Below, piece after piece: positions 1 through 7,200 of a DNA stretch of 64,000 nucleotides. The first letter of the stretch is position 1, and every line of letters begins with the position of its first letter. The stretch is from positions 69,832 to 133,831 of IMG/VR virus record IMGVR_UViG_3300042465_006864. One strand, 5' to 3'. The translations under genes were made by a program, and so were the position numbers. Source of the stretch: a virus. The notes beneath the pieces were generated by a model. It had not been told where the DNA came from. It saw only the letters and a list, made by a program, of their open reading frames with translations, and made no database searches.

Positions 1-48
1 CTCAACTTCTGAGCCACAGTAAATGACGATTTCGATTTCTTCGATCAT
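1..48 (-). CDS. Small early protein, N-terminal fragment (runs off window edge)
   Basis: ATG at 48 directly follows TTGACT-N17-TATTCT-TTCCCCGCC; reads MIEEIEIVIYCGSEVE. Confidence 0.6.
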   Translation of the reverse strand, partial: MIEEIEIVIYCGSEVE

Positions 49-118
49 GGCGGGGAAAGAATAGAATGTTTTTGCGGTTAAGTCAACAAGTTTTTTTGTT
101 TTTTTTTGCATTTTTTTT

Positions 119-144
119 GAGGGGACGGCTTTCGCCGCCCCCTC
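119..144 (-). terminator. GC-rich hairpin with GAAA tetraloop downstream of 154..450
   Basis: Minus strand GAGGGGGCGGC-GAAA-GCCGTCCCCTC; followed by an A-run, not a U-run. Confidence 0.45.
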
Positions 145-153
145 TGCCATGCA

Positions 154-450
154 TCAAGCCACCACGCTTGAAAATTGTTTGTCGATCTTGCCACACTTGA
201 AAAGCAAAACCTTTTCAGGTTTGAAGCAAAAGTAACCGTTACGGTTGCGGTCAACGGCGAACATATAACCGTCTTGACGGAGCGCATCAGTAGCAGGGGA
301 ACCAGTTCCCTTGACTAGACCAGTGAAACGATCTTTTGCGTTAATCGTGCGGATTGTGCCATCTTTCTTGACAAAAGTGAGGGAAAAGAATTTTCCTTTT
401 GTTGCTTCGATGAGGGCTGTGATTTCTTCTTTTGTTGGTGCGTTTTGCAT
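154..450 (-). CDS. Small phage protein, SH3/Sm-like (WYL_2-like) family
   Basis: Start reassigned to 450 (MQNAPTKEE) because a promoter lies at 472-510; FSLTFVKKDGTIR motif. Confidence 0.65.
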   Translation of the reverse strand: MQNAPTKEEITALIEATKGKFFSLTFVKKDGTIRTINAKDRFTGLVKGTGSPATDALRQDGYMFAVDRNRNGYFCFKPEKVLLFKCGKIDKQFSSVVA

Positions 451-511
451 GATGTTTATTTGGTTAGTAGTAGGCGGGGAAAGTGTAAGCGGTTTTTTGA
501 AGTTTGTCAAC

Positions 512-697
512 TTATTTTTTGCTGTTTTGAATAAAAGTTTGCAAACGTGCAAGAGTGTAGCAAGTTGCGCCGAAAACAAGGAAACAAATACAATCAAACA
601 ATTCGTTTTTTCCGCCATAAATGGCGAAAGCGCAAAGGCTGAAAGTAGGCGAGAGGGTGACAATAGCGGAGGCAATGATGGTAAATGCATGTTTCAT
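512..697 (-). CDS. Small two-helix membrane protein
   Basis: Own promoter TTGACG-N17-TATTCT; two hydrophobic segments. Confidence 0.65.
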   Translation of the reverse strand: MKHAFTIIASAIVTLSPTFSLCAFAIYGGKNELFDCICFLVFGATCYTLARLQTFIQNSKK

Positions 698-867
698 TTT
701 TTTTTGGTGTTGTTAGTAGGCGGGGAAAGAATAGTCTTTTTTTTGGCATCCGTCAACATTTTTTTTGTTTTATTTTCGAAAAAAAGTTTTGTCATAATGT
801 GTTTTTTTTCTTGACAAGTTTCTAACAGAAAATACTTTTTTGACTTGTTAGGCATCATGCATCTGCA

Positions 868-960
868 TAAACCGTTGAGCGTCAACGACTTACGCCAAAA
901 CGACCCCGAAGGGGTCGCGTCGATGTAAGTTGTTGAGTATCAACGACTTATGACGATTGT
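868..960. repeat. ~93-bp palindromic intergenic element, copy 1
   Basis: TAAACCGTTGA-gcg-TCAACGACTTA, CGACCCC-gaa-GGGGTCG, TAAGTTGTTGA-gta-TCAACGACTTA-TGACGATT. Confidence 0.95.
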
Positions 961-1055
961 CATCGCGCTATGTTGTCAAGATTTTTTTTTCACTTTTTTT
1001 CTGTTAGAGAGCGCCCCCCTTTTTTCTGTTAGAGAGGCGCTGAGTCTAACGATTT

Positions 1056-1112
1056 TTATTTTCGGTCCGCTATCAGGAACAGCAGCACCGCAACAATCAA
1101 GAGAAAAATCAT
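1056..1112 (-). CDS. 18-aa hydrophobic peptide MIFLLIVAVLLFLIADRK
   Basis: Translated by hand; 14 nt downstream of the 1127..1822 stop with an A-rich leader. Confidence 0.45.
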   Translation of the reverse strand: MIFLLIVAVLLFLIADRK

Positions 1113-1126
1113 TTTTTTGTTAGGTG

Positions 1127-1822
1127 TTAGTGTTCGATCACGAAACCGCTTTCGTCTTTTTTCGCCTTGCCTTTCTCGACAAGTCCAACAATTTTTCCCG
1201 CGCCATCAAGAAAGCGTAAATCCGTTTCATCGCCATTTACAACGTCCACGCCTAACCATTTCGAGGGTAGCGACTTTCTGAAAACCATTGCGACATTGCC
1301 GCCCGATTTCAAAATTGATTCTGCGATTGCGCCGTTTGTTTCAGACTTGGAAAAAGTCAAATGATAATTTTGCGGCATTTCACCAGCAAGAAAAGCGGTC
1401 ATGCGTTCGGGGGATTTTGTGTAATCATAGAATTGCACACTAGGAAACAAATCAAAAACACTTTGCCCGTTGAGTTTGATTTTCTCCCATGGTAAATCAC
1501 TGGTAAGATTGAGGCGGAAAACAGCAGTGAGATTTTGCTTTTCGGCAGATTTAACGGCGGCAGTAATTTCTTTGATTAACTGCGACAAGAAAACAGCTTT
1601 ATCCTTAAAGAATAAACGAGTTTTTTCGATGCGTGAATTTTGCACGTTGGAGAATGCGCCCATGCCAGCAGTATTGAGACAGGCAGCGGCACAACCTGCG
1701 CTTGCATCTTTGCAGACGTTGAAGCCAGAGAGAGAGGCGGGAGCGAGGTGAATTCCGAACGTGCGGAAACCGATTTTTTCACCTTTGCGGATTTTAGCAT
1801 TTGCTGTGGTAAGTAATTTCAT
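1127..1822 (-). CDS. GP88-family phage protein (Cys-rich, radical-SAM-like)
   Basis: NVCKDASAGCAAACL, FRLNLTSD, QFYDYTK, YHLTFS, GDETDLRFLD motifs. Confidence 0.8.
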   Translation of the reverse strand: MKLLTTANAKIRKGEKIGFRTFGIHLAPASLSGFNVCKDASAGCAAACLNTAGMGAFSNVQNSRIEKTRLFFKDKAVFLSQLIKEITAAVKSAEKQNLTAVFRLNLTSDLPWEKIKLNGQSVFDLFPSVQFYDYTKSPERMTAFLAGEMPQNYHLTFSKSETNGAIAESILKSGGNVAMVFRKSLPSKWLGVDVVNGDETDLRFLDGAGKIVGLVEKGKAKKDESGFVIEH

Positions 1823-1873
1823 GACAGGGAAAAGTTAGCAGATTGAGAAAAAAAGTCAACAGTTTTTTTTGTT

Positions 1874-2050
1874 TTATTTCAGATTTTGCACAGTGTGAGA
1901 AATTCTGATGAACCAAGCGCAAGAAGCCAAGAAGCCAATGATTGCGCAAGCGTGTGATTCTGTGGTGGTGGATTGTGCGCCCCAAACAATGAACACGATG
2001 CACATAATGAGTGAGATGATCGAAGAGGCAAGGATGATGAAGTATTTCAT
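1874..2050 (-). CDS. Small two-helix membrane protein (58 aa, absent from ORF track)
   Basis: MKYFIILASSIISLIMCIVFIVWG...; leaderless promoter TTGCGC-N17-TACTTT-TCCCCGTC-ATG. Confidence 0.7.
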   Translation of the reverse strand: MKYFIILASSIISLIMCIVFIVWGAQSTTTESHACAIIGFLASCAWFIRISHTVQNLK

Positions 2051-2200
2051 GACGGGGAAAAAGTAGCATTTTATAAGCTAACGCGCAAGTATTTTTTTCT
2101 ATTTTTTATTTATTTTTTTTTGCGTCATAGTGCATTTTTTTGTTGACAAACTCCTAACAGAAAACGCTTTTTTTAGTTGTTAGAAGCCTAACAGATTTCG

Positions 2201-2291
2201 TAAACCGTTGAGCGTCAACGAGTTACACCAAAATGACCCCTTCGGGGTCGCCTCGACGTAAGTCGTTGAGTATCAACAACTTATGACGATT
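2201..2291. repeat. Palindromic intergenic element, copy 2
   Basis: Same core; hairpin loop is TTC (reverse complement of GAA). Confidence 0.95.
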
Positions 2292-2312
2292 CGAGGCGCA
2301 GCGTAAGAACTG

Positions 2313-2564
2313 TTAGAAGTCGCCGCAGCAGCCATCCATGCCCCACTCGCTGATCTCATGGCGATCTTCGTAGGCGGCATCGAGCCAATAGTCTTCGTTG
2401 CCTTCGTCACTGTAATCCGTCCAATGCCCATCGAGGTGGGAGTCATCAAGAAAGATTTCTTCTGGAGGGTCAGGGAGTTGATCGGCAGCGTCTGCGAAAG
2501 CTTCGCAAGCGGCAACATATTCTTCGTATTCGGCGGGGCAGTTGATGAAAGGGTGGTTAAACAT
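2313..2564 (-). CDS. Highly acidic small early protein
   Basis: About 24 D/E of 83 aa, one Arg, no Lys; perfect TATAAT promoter. Confidence 0.75.
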   Translation of the reverse strand: MFNHPFINCPAEYEEYVAACEAFADAADQLPDPPEEIFLDDSHLDGHWTDYSDEGNEDYWLDAAYEDRHEISEWGMDGCCGDF

Positions 2565-2704
2565 GACGGGGAAATTATACTCCGAAACACATAGAAACGC
2601 AACAACTTTTTTCTATTTTATGCAAAAAAAAAGTTTTGTCATAAAGCGTTTTTTTTCTTGACAAACATCTAACGAAAAAAGGTTTTTAACACGCTGCGTC
2701 TTCG

Positions 2705-2797
2705 TAAACCGTTGAGCGTCAACGACTTACGCCAAAACGACCCCGTAGGGGTCGCGTCGATGTAACTCGTTCATTATCAACGACTTATGACGATTGT
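2705..2797. repeat. Palindromic intergenic element, copy 3
   Basis: Same core; loop GTA. Confidence 0.95.
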
Positions 2798-2823
2798 ATT
2801 TTTTTTTATTTTTTTCTTGACAA

Positions 2824-2849
2824 GGGAGCCAGCCTTGCGACTGACTCCC
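2824..2849 (-). terminator. Hairpin downstream of 2863..3114
   Basis: GGGAGCCAG...CTGACTCCC imperfect stem. Confidence 0.4.
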
Positions 2850-2862
2850 GATCTGTTAGATG

Positions 2863-3114
2863 TTAGACTACGAGGTCAATTCCAGAGATGTGAAGATTGC
2901 GATATTTACTTTCGCCGCCATCATCAACGTCTAACGCTTTTACAGTGACGTATCGCTTGCCGTTCGCGGCAAATGCTACTTTGTCCACCGCTTCAATCTT
3001 GAGAACGCGAACGCCATCAGCTTTGACTTTCGAGTTTTCAGCAAAGTAGCGCACGGTTTTGTTGACGAGGGCGGAAACGACTTGTTCGGTAGGTGTATTG
3101 TAATCGAAGAACAT
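2863..3114 (-). CDS. Hypothetical early protein
   Basis: 83-aa ORF with TTGACA-N17-TATCTT promoter. Confidence 0.75.
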   Translation of the reverse strand: MFFDYNTPTEQVVSALVNKTVRYFAENSKVKADGVRVLKIEAVDKVAFAANGKRYVTVKALDVDDGGESKYRNLHISGIDLVV

Positions 3115-3148
3115 AACGAGGAAAAGATAGAAGATTTTTGCGGTATTG

Positions 3149-3346
3149 TCAAGATTCTTTTATGAAAACTGAGATTATCCAAGCGGAACAGCAAGCAGTG
3201 AAAAGAGAAAGCGATCCCAAAAGATAAGTTGTCATATTTTGAGGGCAGCACACAAGAAACGAAAGACTTGCAAGCGGAGATAAAAAGCCGCTAGTCACAA
3301 GACAAATAGCGATAGTTGATTTGATATTTTCGATGGTTGATTTCAT
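3149..3346 (-). CDS. Small two-helix membrane protein
   Basis: Two hydrophobic segments; own TTGACA-N17-TATCTT promoter. Confidence 0.65.
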   Translation of the reverse strand: MKSTIENIKSTIAICLVTSGFLSPLASLSFLVCCPQNMTTYLLGSLSLFTACCSAWIISVFIKES

Positions 3347-3412
3347 AGTAGTTAGTTGGTTGCGAGAGAAAGATAGAAGATTTTTGCGAGATTGTCAATA
3401 AGTTTTTTTGAT

Positions 3413-3724
3413 TTATTTTTCGACAATCTCAAAAACTGTTGTGATGTATTCGCGCACAGTGCAGAATGTTTTCGTGGTGATGTTTTCCCAAGGGATGATT
3501 TGTTCAATCACTGCGCCATAGTTGCAGTATTGAGCAAGACCTTCAGTCCTTGTAACACCCATGATTTCATCACCTACTGCGTAGGTTTTGATTTGACCAT
3601 AACCATAGTCAATCGTCAATTCAACTTTTGCAAAGTATTTATCCTCATATTTTTCTGTTGCTTTGTTAGCAGTATTGAGGGCGATTGCTTTATATTGTGG
3701 CTTGAGGTTAGGTTGAGCGTTCAT
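3413..3724 (-). CDS. Hypothetical early protein
   Basis: Start reassigned to 3724 (MNAQPNLK), downstream of TTGCGC-N17-TACACT. Confidence 0.7.
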   Translation of the reverse strand: MNAQPNLKPQYKAIALNTANKATEKYEDKYFAKVELTIDYGYGQIKTYAVGDEIMGVTRTEGLAQYCNYGAVIEQIIPWENITTKTFCTVREYITTVFEIVEK

Positions 3725-3887
3725 GGTTAGTATTGGTTGACGGGGAAAGTGTAACGCATAACGCATGAAAGCGCAAGAACTTTTTTATCTTTTTTTCTTT
3801 TTTTATTTTGCGGCATAATGCATTTTTTTCTTGACAAAACTCTAACAGAAAATGTTTTTTCGTGCATAGTATAGCACAGCGTATGCG

Positions 3888-3980
3888 TAAACCGTTGAGC
3901 GTCAACGACTTACGCCAAAACGACCCCGAAGGGGTCGCGTCGATGTAAGTCGTTGAGTATCAACAACTTATGACGATTGT
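3888..3980. repeat. Palindromic intergenic element, copy 4
   Basis: Nearly identical to copy 1. Confidence 0.95.
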
Positions 3981-4009
3981 TATTGTGCGATGCTGTCAAG
4001 TTTTTTTTC

Positions 4010-4064
4010 GTTAGACTAACAGTTTTTTTTCTGTTAGCCTAACGGTTTTTTTCGTTAGACTAAC
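4010..4064. repeat. Three GTTAG-N-CTAAC palindromes separated by T-tracts
   Basis: 4010-4020, 4033-4043, 4054-4064. Confidence 0.85.
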
Positions 4065-4242
4065 GGATTTGAATGAAGTGCAGTGACTGATAGCCAACCC
4101 AACCTTTTTCAAAGATGGCAAAGTTTTTTTCATCCCAATGCGAAAAAATTCCGTAGTTTGTTTTTGTTCCTTTTGTTAGAAGGCTAACAAGTTTTGCGTG
4201 AACGGCGGCGAAGTAAGCGGGAGTAAGTGAAGAAGTTTTCAT
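4060..4242 (-). CDS. Hypothetical early protein
   Basis: 60 aa; TTGCGT-N17-TACACT-TTCCCCGTC-ATG. Confidence 0.7.
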   Translation of the reverse strand: MKTSSLTPAYFAAVHAKLVSLLTKGTKTNYGIFSHWDEKNFAIFEKGWVGYQSLHFIQIR

Positions 4243-4271
4243 GACGGGGAAAGTGTAACGGTTTTTTCGGA

Positions 4272-4448
4272 TTAACGCAAGCTTTTTTTTGTTTTATTTA
4301 TATTTTTTATTTCGACCATTCCATTTACTTCGTGAGCTATTTTTTCAGCCTTAGCAAGCAATTCTGAGAATGTTGAACCGATATTGTTAGGAGCGAAACA
4401 ATTAACGAATGCGCCTTCTGAGTTTCTGATGATAATGAGCTTTTTCAT
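4272..4448 (-). CDS. Hypothetical early protein (58 aa, absent from ORF track)
   Basis: MKKLIIIRNSEGAFVNCF...; TTGACT-N17-TACACT-TTCCCCGTC-ATG. Confidence 0.65.
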   Translation of the reverse strand: MKKLIIIRNSEGAFVNCFAPNNIGSTFSELLAKAEKIAHEVNGMVEIKNINKTKKSLR

Positions 4449-4525
4449 GACGGGGAAAGTGTAGCGGTTTTTTGCGATGAAGTCAACAATTTTCTTTTGT
4501 TTTTTTTGGGGGGGAGTATTGGAAC

Positions 4526-4732
4526 TTATGCCAGTTCCTCGGCTTCGATGATGTCATCATCGTGCAGGTGCTTGGGGTGAAAAGGGCAAGCACCAAGAAA
4601 ACCAACATAAGATTTTTCATTGGCAGTAAACTCGACTTCCCAGTCTGCCCAATTATCATCCACACGATCAGCGATGGAAACGAAAGACAAGTCGGAAACG
4701 GTGGATGCGGAGAATTGAAGTAACTTATTCAT
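4526..4732 (-). CDS. Acidic small early protein
   Basis: 68 aa; TTGCGT-N17-TATACT-TTCCCCGTC-ATG. Confidence 0.7.
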   Translation of the reverse strand: MNKLLQFSASTVSDLSFVSIADRVDDNWADWEVEFTANEKSYVGFLGACPFHPKHLHDDDIIEAEELA

Positions 4733-5084
4733 GACGGGGAAAGTATAACCTGAAACGCGTAGAAACGCAAGAACTTTTTTGTGTTATGCGAAAAAAACTT
4801 TTGTGTCATACGTGAAGAAAAAACTTGACAAGACCCCCCCTATTTCTCAAAAAATGCGCAATAGTTCTGTTAGAAAAGAGCGGGGGGGATACTATTCTCA
4901 GTCTCCCAAACTCCCACCAACATCACTCCCCACCCAGAGCGCCAGACGGTGTTCTGTGCTGCTCCGCACCAGACCCCCCACCCCTTTTGTCAAAATCGCG
5001 AGACACATTCTCAGAACAACCTAAAAAAACCCAAAAAAAATCCCCCACCCTGTTTTCATAAAACCTTTTGTAATCAGAAAAAAG

Positions 5085-5090
5085 GTGTAA
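5085..5090 (+). promoter_or_regulatory. GTGTAA putative late promoter (first of ~11 copies)
   Basis: GTGTAA 8-10 nt before ATG at 5100, 5962, 11767, 18159, 22894(-), 36356, 41754, 44415, 59235. Confidence 0.7.
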
Positions 5091-5099
5091 TACTTTACG

Positions 5100-5942
5100 A
5101 TGTCAGTTATACGATACGAAAATATTCCAGTCTCTATGCCCCGAAACGATTCGGCTGGTAAGAAATACATTGCACCCGCAAACAGTGTATCTATTTCTCA
5201 TTCCGCGAAAACAAATGCATATAGAACTCTTGCCCCGAATACTTTTCCAGAAATGAGAGTTGGCGGCAACACAGATACCAAAATAACTATCGCATTTCCG
5301 CTGTGCAACAAGTTTGCCAATAATGTTTCTTCTGCTGATTCATACAATTTCGGATCAGGCGTTTTCGCTAATCTTACAGGAACAGGCAGCACTGACATAA
5401 CAATCGGGAATCGAACATTCAGTGGATGTTATCTTGACAGCTTGTCTATAGACATTGCGCCATTTCAAGCTGCAACGATGTCCACCTCTTTTACATGCAC
5501 GAATCCACCTACAGGTCTATCAATGCTTTCGGGGCTAAGTACAGGTGAAACAAACATGACCAGCAAATTTGCATATGGTCATTTCGCAGTACTTTCGGGG
5601 GCTGATAATTATTCTTCTGATGTTCACTCTAGCATTTCCTTTTCTCTTGATTTAAAAAGAACCTATTCCTATGCAATTTCTAAGCGCAACGCTTACAATG
5701 TCTTTTTGGATGAAGCAAACAAGCAACTACAAATAAAAGCAACAAACATAAAAACATTTATCAACGAGTCTGGAGCGCTTTCTTCTTTTTCTGTTGATTT
5801 AAAAAATGAATCGGGTGAATACGTTTTGCCATCAGGAACGCTGTCAACTTCTTCTCGCGGCAGATTAAATGCACAAAATCTATCTTCTTCGCCGCCAAAT
5901 ATTTTCATCGCAGATGTAACTATTGACGAACCATTGCTCTAA
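5100..5942 (+). CDS. Virion protein, tail-tube-like paralogue
   Basis: GCYLDSLSIDIAPFQAATMSTSF resembles a motif in 19818, 33381 and 35110; S/T-rich. Confidence 0.55.
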   Translation: MSVIRYENIPVSMPRNDSAGKKYIAPANSVSISHSAKTNAYRTLAPNTFPEMRVGGNTDTKITIAFPLCNKFANNVSSADSYNFGSGVFANLTGTGSTDITIGNRTFSGCYLDSLSIDIAPFQAATMSTSFTCTNPPTGLSMLSGLSTGETNMTSKFAYGHFAVLSGADNYSSDVHSSISFSLDLKRTYSYAISKRNAYNVFLDEANKQLQIKATNIKTFINESGALSSFSVDLKNESGEYVLPSGTLSTSSRGRLNAQNLSSSPPNIFIADVTIDEPLL

Positions 5943-5961
5943 ATGAGTGTAAACTATACAA

Positions 5962-6693
5962 ATGCCTAAAAAACGATTTAGTCAGTCGGACTCGGTTGAG
6001 ATTCAATTGAATCAAACCAGCAAAATTAAAACCAAGAAAAAGAATTTCAGATTCACCCCAAAACAGGTTCAACTGCTGGGGATGATACTAGACCCCGAAA
6101 ATAAAATCATTTTTATATCTGGAGCTGCGGGAACTTCTAAAACATATATGGCGCTTTACGGAGCAGTCGAAATGATGTCAGAAGACCCCGAAAAACAACT
6201 GATTTATATTCGCAGCATCATTGAAAGTGCTGACAAAGGACTTGGTAGCTTGCCTGGAGATATTGCAGAAAAGTTTGATCCATTCTTGATGCCTCTCTAC
6301 GATAAGTTGGAAGAGATCGTTTTGCCGCAAGATGTGGCGCATCTTAAATCAACAGGAAGAATAAGTGCCGCACCAATTAACTTTCTGCGTGGAGCAAGCT
6401 GGACGAACAAAATTATTGTCGCTGATGAAGCTCAGAACTTTTCCGCGAAAGAACTTATTACTTTGATTACAAGAATTGGAGAAGGCTCAAAGATTATCAT
6501 CTGCGGCGATGCTATGCAGAGTGATATTGGAAAGCTCAAGACAGGCTTTATGCCTCTACTCAATACTTTTAATGATGAAGAAAGTAAGCAAAAAGGAATT
6601 CAAACATTCGTATTCACTAAAGAAGATATTGTTCGCAGCGAAATCTTGAAATTCATCGTGAAAAAGTTAGAAGAGGGCGACTTTCATGTGTAA
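5962..6693 (+). CDS. phoH: PhoH-family ATPase
   Basis: GAAGTSKT, LGSLPGDI, FLRGAS, DEAQN, TRIGEGSK, GDAMQSD. Confidence 0.95.
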   Translation: MPKKRFSQSDSVEIQLNQTSKIKTKKKNFRFTPKQVQLLGMILDPENKIIFISGAAGTSKTYMALYGAVEMMSEDPEKQLIYIRSIIESADKGLGSLPGDIAEKFDPFLMPLYDKLEEIVLPQDVAHLKSTGRISAAPINFLRGASWTNKIIVADEAQNFSAKELITLITRIGEGSKIIICGDAMQSDIGKLKTGFMPLLNTFNDEESKQKGIQTFVFTKEDIVRSEILKFIVKKLEEGDFHV

Positions 6694-6813
6694 ATAATTA
6701 TAACAGGGTTACACACAACGCTCGCAGCGAAATGCAGGAAATATACGTGTATTCCCTGCCTTTTCGTGCCTTTTTTTATATTGAAAAAACGGTAAAAAAA
6801 CTCATTATTAATT

Positions 6814-7200
6814 ATGAGCGTTATTTACTGTTCTGAGTGCGGAAAAAAGCACGAATATAATTTTGCAAAGCCCAACTTTTGTTCTAGTTGTGGCAGTCCC
6901 TTCGGGGCAGCTAAGCTTAAAAAGCAAAAGCCTAAAGAAGAAGAGGAAGAGGACTACGAAGATGAAGATGAATATGAGGACGAAGAAGATTTCGAAGATG
7001 ATGGCGAATCATTTACCAATTCTACTCGCGTTCCCAATATCAGAAAAATCCAAGTAGATATTGAAACAGCAGCACATTACAATACTTTTGATCTTGGATC
7101 TATTATAGGATCTGAATCAAATCCAGTGCCAAAAGGTTCAACACCTCGAAGAAAAAACCGTCCAACTTCTCTCGAAGACTTTAAACAGAAAAGAAAGTAA
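6814..7200 (+). CDS. Zinc-ribbon protein with acidic linker
   Basis: CSECG...FCSSCG followed by an E/D tract. Confidence 0.75.
   Translation: MSVIYCSECGKKHEYNFAKPNFCSSCGSPFGAAKLKKQKPKEEEEEDYEDEDEYEDEEDFEDDGESFTNSTRVPNIRKIQVDIETAAHYNTFDLGSIIGSESNPVPKGSTPRRKNRPTSLEDFKQKRK

Larger units (their letters stand above)
49..4770 (-). promoter_or_regulatory. Twelve sigma70-type early promoters, consensus TTG(ACA/ACT/CGT/CGC)-N16-17-TAnnnT-TTCCCCG(T/C)C
   Basis: One upstream of each start at 48, 450, 697, 1822, 2050, 2564, 3114, 3346, 3724, 4242, 4448, 4732; e.g. TTGCGT-N17-TATAAT-TTCCCCGTC-ATG at 2564; A-tracts upstream resemble UP elements. Confidence 0.85.

Noticed and set aside
811-840. Plus-strand promoter at the conserved TTGACA in each element
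   Set aside because: A plausible -10 exists only in copy 1; copies 2-4 have none at 16-18 nt.
694-885. ORFs 694..885 and 3708..3905 (both MTLNGL...) as a gene family
   Set aside because: They are translations of the repeat element and poly-A promoter tracts.
868-3980. CRISPR array
   Set aside because: Repeats are ~93 bp and separated by 0.4-1.2 kb containing genes; no cas genes.
791-4016. Bona fide integron
   Set aside because: No IntI or attI in the window, most elements exceed typical attC length, several ends deviate from GTTRRRY, and genes have their own promoters; kept only as an analogy.
4779-5161. Short plus-strand ORFs in the strand-switch region and the many antisense ORFs over large genes
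   Set aside because: Low-complexity or shadow frames without promoters or recognisable motifs.
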